20,000 nt of DNA from an uncultured virus (IMG/VR IMGVR_UViG_3300009184_000002) (Duplodnaviria > Heunggongvirae > Uroviricota > Caudoviricetes). Each line of letters opens with the position of its first letter. Within the stretch, counting starts at the first letter, position 1. Shown here piece by piece: positions 17,606 through 20,000 of this stretch. The position numbers and the translations under genes were made by a program. The notes under the pieces were generated by a model. The model ran no database searches and was not told where the DNA came from. It saw nothing but the letters and a program-made list of their open reading frames with translations. The stretch is taken from IMG/VR virus record IMGVR_UViG_3300009184_000002; one strand, 5' to 3'.

Positions 17606-17776
17606 TCAGTGTATTTTAACAACGATGGATAGTAGTGTAATGATAATAAAGCCCGCCGATCCAATGAGGATGGTCTCCAGACGCTTTAGTCTGGCGCAGA
17701 TGGACTCGTAGCGGATCTCACAGATCTGCTCGTGGGCAGACAAGGCCGCCTCGTTCTTGTCAATTAGGTCGCTCAT
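17606..17776 (-). CDS. Small coiled-coil + C-terminal TM protein (56 aa), XhlA/holin-accessory-like
   Basis: Hand translation: MSDLIDKNEAALSAHEQICEIRYESICARLKRLETILIGSAGFIIITLLSIVVKIH. TAATG overlap at 17776. The HE..C..RY..I..RL.RLE pattern is common at the start of phage lysis blocks. Confidence 0.7.
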   Translation of the reverse strand: MSDLIDKNEAALSAHEQICEIRYESICARLKRLETILIGSAGFIIITLLSIVVKIH

Positions 17777-18024
17777 TATCCGATCAGCGCCTTTATTTCG
17801 TCTGGCGTTAAACCAATTGCGGTTAGTTTAGATAAAGCCGATTCTTTGGCGGCAATTGCGGCTTGTTCTGCTGCTGTTTCGGCAGCTTGTAATTCAGCTA
17901 ATTTAACTTGTGCGGCATTTTTATTGTAGGGTACTTCTTTTTCGTCTTTGTCAAAAGCAACATCATCACGAACAATAACAATAGAAGGGTTGAGTGCAAA
18001 AATTGCTTGGTATAAATGAATCAT
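17776..18024 (-). CDS. Putative tail-fibre chaperone/assembly protein (82 aa)
   Basis: ATGA-coupled to the preceding adhesin-like gene. The C-terminal KESALSKLTAIGLTPDEIKAL pattern is typical of small fibre-associated proteins. Confidence 0.55.
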   Translation of the reverse strand: MIHLYQAIFALNPSIVIVRDDVAFDKDEKEVPYNKNAAQVKLAELQAAETAAEQAAIAAKESALSKLTAIGLTPDEIKALIG

Positions 18025-18494
18025 GCTGCAATCTCCATAACAGTAATTGTTGACGTAGAGTTGCCAGCGTTTACTTGAGTTACAACAGTTCCAGTATTTT
18101 CAGAAGCGGCAAATTGTGTTTTATAAATAGTAGCAGAAGTTGTTGCTGGTGAATCTAAATAAGAAGTACTAAGTGTCTGACCATATAAAGCAATAGTTGT
18201 GCCAGTATACAAAGAATATAAAGATAAGTTAGAAATAATAGTTGAGTTTCTAAGAAGACTTAATTTCATATCAGCACCAGCATTGCCACCATCTTTTGAC
18301 ACGCCGTTTTGATGAACAAAAACAAGAATTTTACTTGTAGAAAACTTAGGTGTAATAGTTACAGTTAAGCCAGTATCAATAAAAGTGCTTGTTGAACTTG
18401 CTACAAGTGTTGAAGTAAATCCATTAACTACTTGAATAACACTGCCCGTTGGCAGGCTGGAGATCATCCCGCCTTGTACTTGTGTTAACGCCAT
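18021..18494 (-). CDS. Stand-alone beta-sandwich tail-fibre tip/adhesin-like protein (157 aa)
   Basis: GSVIQVV...STSTFIDTGLTVTITPKFSTSKILV...YLDSPATTSATIYKTQ...STITVMEIAA, a pattern I recognise from fibre C-terminal domains of aquatic phages. Confidence 0.65.
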   Translation of the reverse strand: MALTQVQGGMISSLPTGSVIQVVNGFTSTLVASSTSTFIDTGLTVTITPKFSTSKILVFVHQNGVSKDGGNAGADMKLSLLRNSTIISNLSLYSLYTGTTIALYGQTLSTSYLDSPATTSATIYKTQFAASENTGTVVTQVNAGNSTSTITVMEIAA

Positions 18495-18571
18495 TATGCT
18501 GCTCCTTCATCTGCGGGTAGTGGTGTGTTGCCTTCCTCGACCCATTTGAGGTATTGTTGGTAGTCTTTCAT
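18494..18571 (-). pseudogene. 25-aa mini-ORF, apparent C-terminal relic of a fibre-chaperone gene
   Basis: MKDYQQYLKWVEEGNTPLPADEGAA, with TAATG overlaps at both ends. Matches the DYQxYLxWxxxGNTPxPAD tail of longer small phage fibre-associated proteins. Confidence 0.55.
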
Positions 18572-18741
18572 TATGAAAGCTCCTCATCTGTTGGTTTAGC
18601 TAATGTAGGGTGTTCCCACTTAGCTATGTATGCGCCTTTGCCGTCTGAATCGTTTTGAACACGAATAGTTCCACGAGTAGGCATAAAATCTTCTTCTGTT
18701 AACTGTGGATATAGTGCTTTAATTTTTTCTTGTAATCCCAT
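18571..18741 (-). CDS. XkdW/YorD-like fibre chaperone, copy 2 (56 aa)
   Basis: The start is better placed at ATG 18741 (TAATG overlap) than at 18762. MGLQEKIKALYPQL...VQNDSDGKGAYIAKWEHPTLAKPTDEEL. Confidence 0.7.
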   Translation of the reverse strand: MGLQEKIKALYPQLTEEDFMPTRGTIRVQNDSDGKGAYIAKWEHPTLAKPTDEELS

Positions 18742-19193
18742 TATGCTGCCCTCAATAAACAACCAGTAAATGTTGTTGTGTTACTGTTACTGCTGACAGT
18801 TGCACTCGCAGATACATACAAATAAACTTCAACATAATCAGTAGAACCATTCATATAAAATATTCCAGCGGTAGAACAACTATAGGCGTTTGTAGATGCC
18901 CCATTTTGATAACCTTGTATTTGGCAAGATGCTGGAGAGCCACCATTTTTCCAAACTTGTGCAGCCCCTAATGGTAAATTTCCTGGGCTAACGATTGAGG
19001 TATTAAATTGGTAATAACCAGCTACAGTTGGTGTAAAGCGATAATTTGTTGTATTAAAGTTTGAATTTGTATCAAACACTTCTGTGTCAAATGCTATTTT
19101 TGTATTGCCACCGCCAATCGATTGATTAGTAGAAAGATATGCGCTAAAAGCTGGACCGCTACCTAGTGCGGCTACGTTAACGGCATTAGTCAT
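18741..19193 (-). CDS. Stand-alone C1q/TNF-like domain adhesin, copy 2 (150 aa)
   Basis: PAFSAY...KIAFDTEVFDTNSNF....RFTPTVAGYYQF...KNG...DYVEVY...FTGCL matches the C1q globular-domain signature. Confidence 0.75.
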   Translation of the reverse strand: MTNAVNVAALGSGPAFSAYLSTNQSIGGGNTKIAFDTEVFDTNSNFNTTNYRFTPTVAGYYQFNTSIVSPGNLPLGAAQVWKNGGSPASCQIQGYQNGASTNAYSCSTAGIFYMNGSTDYVEVYLYVSASATVSSNSNTTTFTGCLLRAA

Positions 19194-19351
19194 GCTAATT
19201 GCTCCTCAGTTGGTTGGGCAAGAGTTGGGTGTTCCCACTTGGCAATGTATGTGCCTTTTCCGTCAGAGTCGTTTTGGAGACGAATAACTGTTGTAAAGTC
19301 AATGTCTGTAAGGCTTGGGTATATTGATTTAATTTTGTCATATAGTTCCAT
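19190..19351 (-). CDS. XkdW/YorD-like fibre chaperone, copy 1 (53 aa)
   Basis: Hand translation: MELYDKIKSIYPSLTDIDFTTVIRLQNDSDGKGTYIAKWEHPTLAQPTEEQLA. TAATG overlap at 19351 and ATGA overlap at 19190-19193. Clear paralogue of 18571-18741. Confidence 0.75.
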   Translation of the reverse strand: MELYDKIKSIYPSLTDIDFTTVIRLQNDSDGKGTYIAKWEHPTLAQPTEEQLA

Positions 19352-20000
19352 TACGCACTCCTAACCAATGAACCGTTGAAATAAGTGCTTGCTTGCACGT
19401 TTAGTGTGTTTATACTTGACCCTGAGTTTTGAGCGCAATAGATTTCAAAATAATCTGTCGAGCCGTTTGCATAAACCAGTGCTGATACAGAAGCTCGGTT
19501 GTAAGCAGAGGCATTGCCAGATGCTAGACCACCTTCTGCAAAGGAAGACCCATTTTTATAAAGCGATGTTAAAACATAAAAACTACCAGTTGATTGAATA
19601 GTTACAGTTGAATTTACTTGGTAATATCCAGCAACAGTTGGGGTGAATCTACTTGACGCAAAGTTACTATTGGTGTCATAAACTTCTGTATCAAATAATA
19701 CTTTTGTGTATGCCCCGCTAATCATTAATGTTGTAGAGCCAGCATAAGCACCAAAAGCTGGACCGTTACCAGACACATTGGTGCTTAACTTAGCCTGAGT
19801 TACAGAACCATCCAACAAATATGCACTTGTCACCGCTCCGCTAGTTGCGGGAATAGCATTCAATACTGAGCTTACATAGAAGCTCTCTGTAGTAACCAAG
19901 TCGCCAGAGGTAGCGCCAGTAGCCAAGACCACGGTTGTGCCGTTAGTAGCAGTGTAGTCAGCAGCACCAAGGCGAGCTCCGTTACGGTAGACATTGATGA
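19351..20000 (-). CDS. Tail fibre-like protein with C-terminal C1q-like domain; 5' end lies outside the window
   Basis: The frame stays open beyond the track's GTG start to the window edge (INVYRNGARLGAADYTATNGTTVVLATGATSGDLV, a common fibre module). A DGSVTQAKL shaft repeat and a C1q-like domain (PAFGAY...FDTEVYDTNSNF...RFTPTVAGYYQV) follow. Confidence 0.75.
   Translation of the reverse strand, partial: INVYRNGARLGAADYTATNGTTVVLATGATSGDLVTTESFYVSSVLNAIPATSGAVTSAYLLDGSVTQAKLSTNVSGNGPAFGAYAGSTTLMISGAYTKVLFDTEVYDTNSNFASSRFTPTVAGYYQVNSTVTIQSTGSFYVLTSLYKNGSSFAEGGLASGNASAYNRASVSALVYANGSTDYFEIYCAQNSGSSINTLNVQASTYFNGSLVRSA

Noticed and set aside
16077..17711. Plus-strand ORFs over the lysis genes as possible embedded spanins or antisense genes
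   Set aside because: Opposite strand to the operon, no lipobox or signal peptide, and in codon register with the real genes.
18571..19770. Diversity-generating retroelement TR/VR pair in the duplicated C1q/XkdW cassettes
   Set aside because: Differences between copies involve all four bases, are largely synonymous and include indels, so they are not adenine-specific. Both copies are intact ORFs and there is no reverse transcriptase in the window.
1..20000. Alternative genetic code, CRISPR array, tRNA, integrase or IS element
   Set aside because: Genes tile the window under the standard code with TAA, TGA and TAG all used as stops. There is no intergenic space, spaced repeat array or recombinase motif.

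Overview
The whole window is the late (virion morphogenesis and lysis) region of a tailed dsDNA phage with podovirus-like architecture. All credible genes are on the minus strand and are tightly packed, many with TAATG or ATGA stop/start overlaps. Reading in transcription order (right to left): an array of small adhesin-domain plus chaperone cassettes (two C1q-like domain + XkdW-like pairs, a 25-aa chaperone relic, and a third adhesin + chaperone pair); a lysis block (several small membrane proteins, a 3-TM holin, an M15 peptidase endolysin and a signal-anchored GH24 lysozyme); two small Lys-rich proteins; two head-tail adaptor-like proteins, a tail appendage protein and a nozzle; then a probable ejection/internal-virion operon. 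That operon ends in a >972-aa ORF, absent from the supplied track, which carries a divergent PcfJ-like domain. Five further short genes missing from the ORF track were read by hand. The main unexplained signals are a gapless 31/40-nt motif in the two largest intergenic gaps (candidate phage late promoter), a recurrent (Y/F/L/M)-x-x-GG peptide motif shared by several virion proteins, and the modular receptor-binding cassette array. Product calls rest on remembered motifs and synteny, not database searches.
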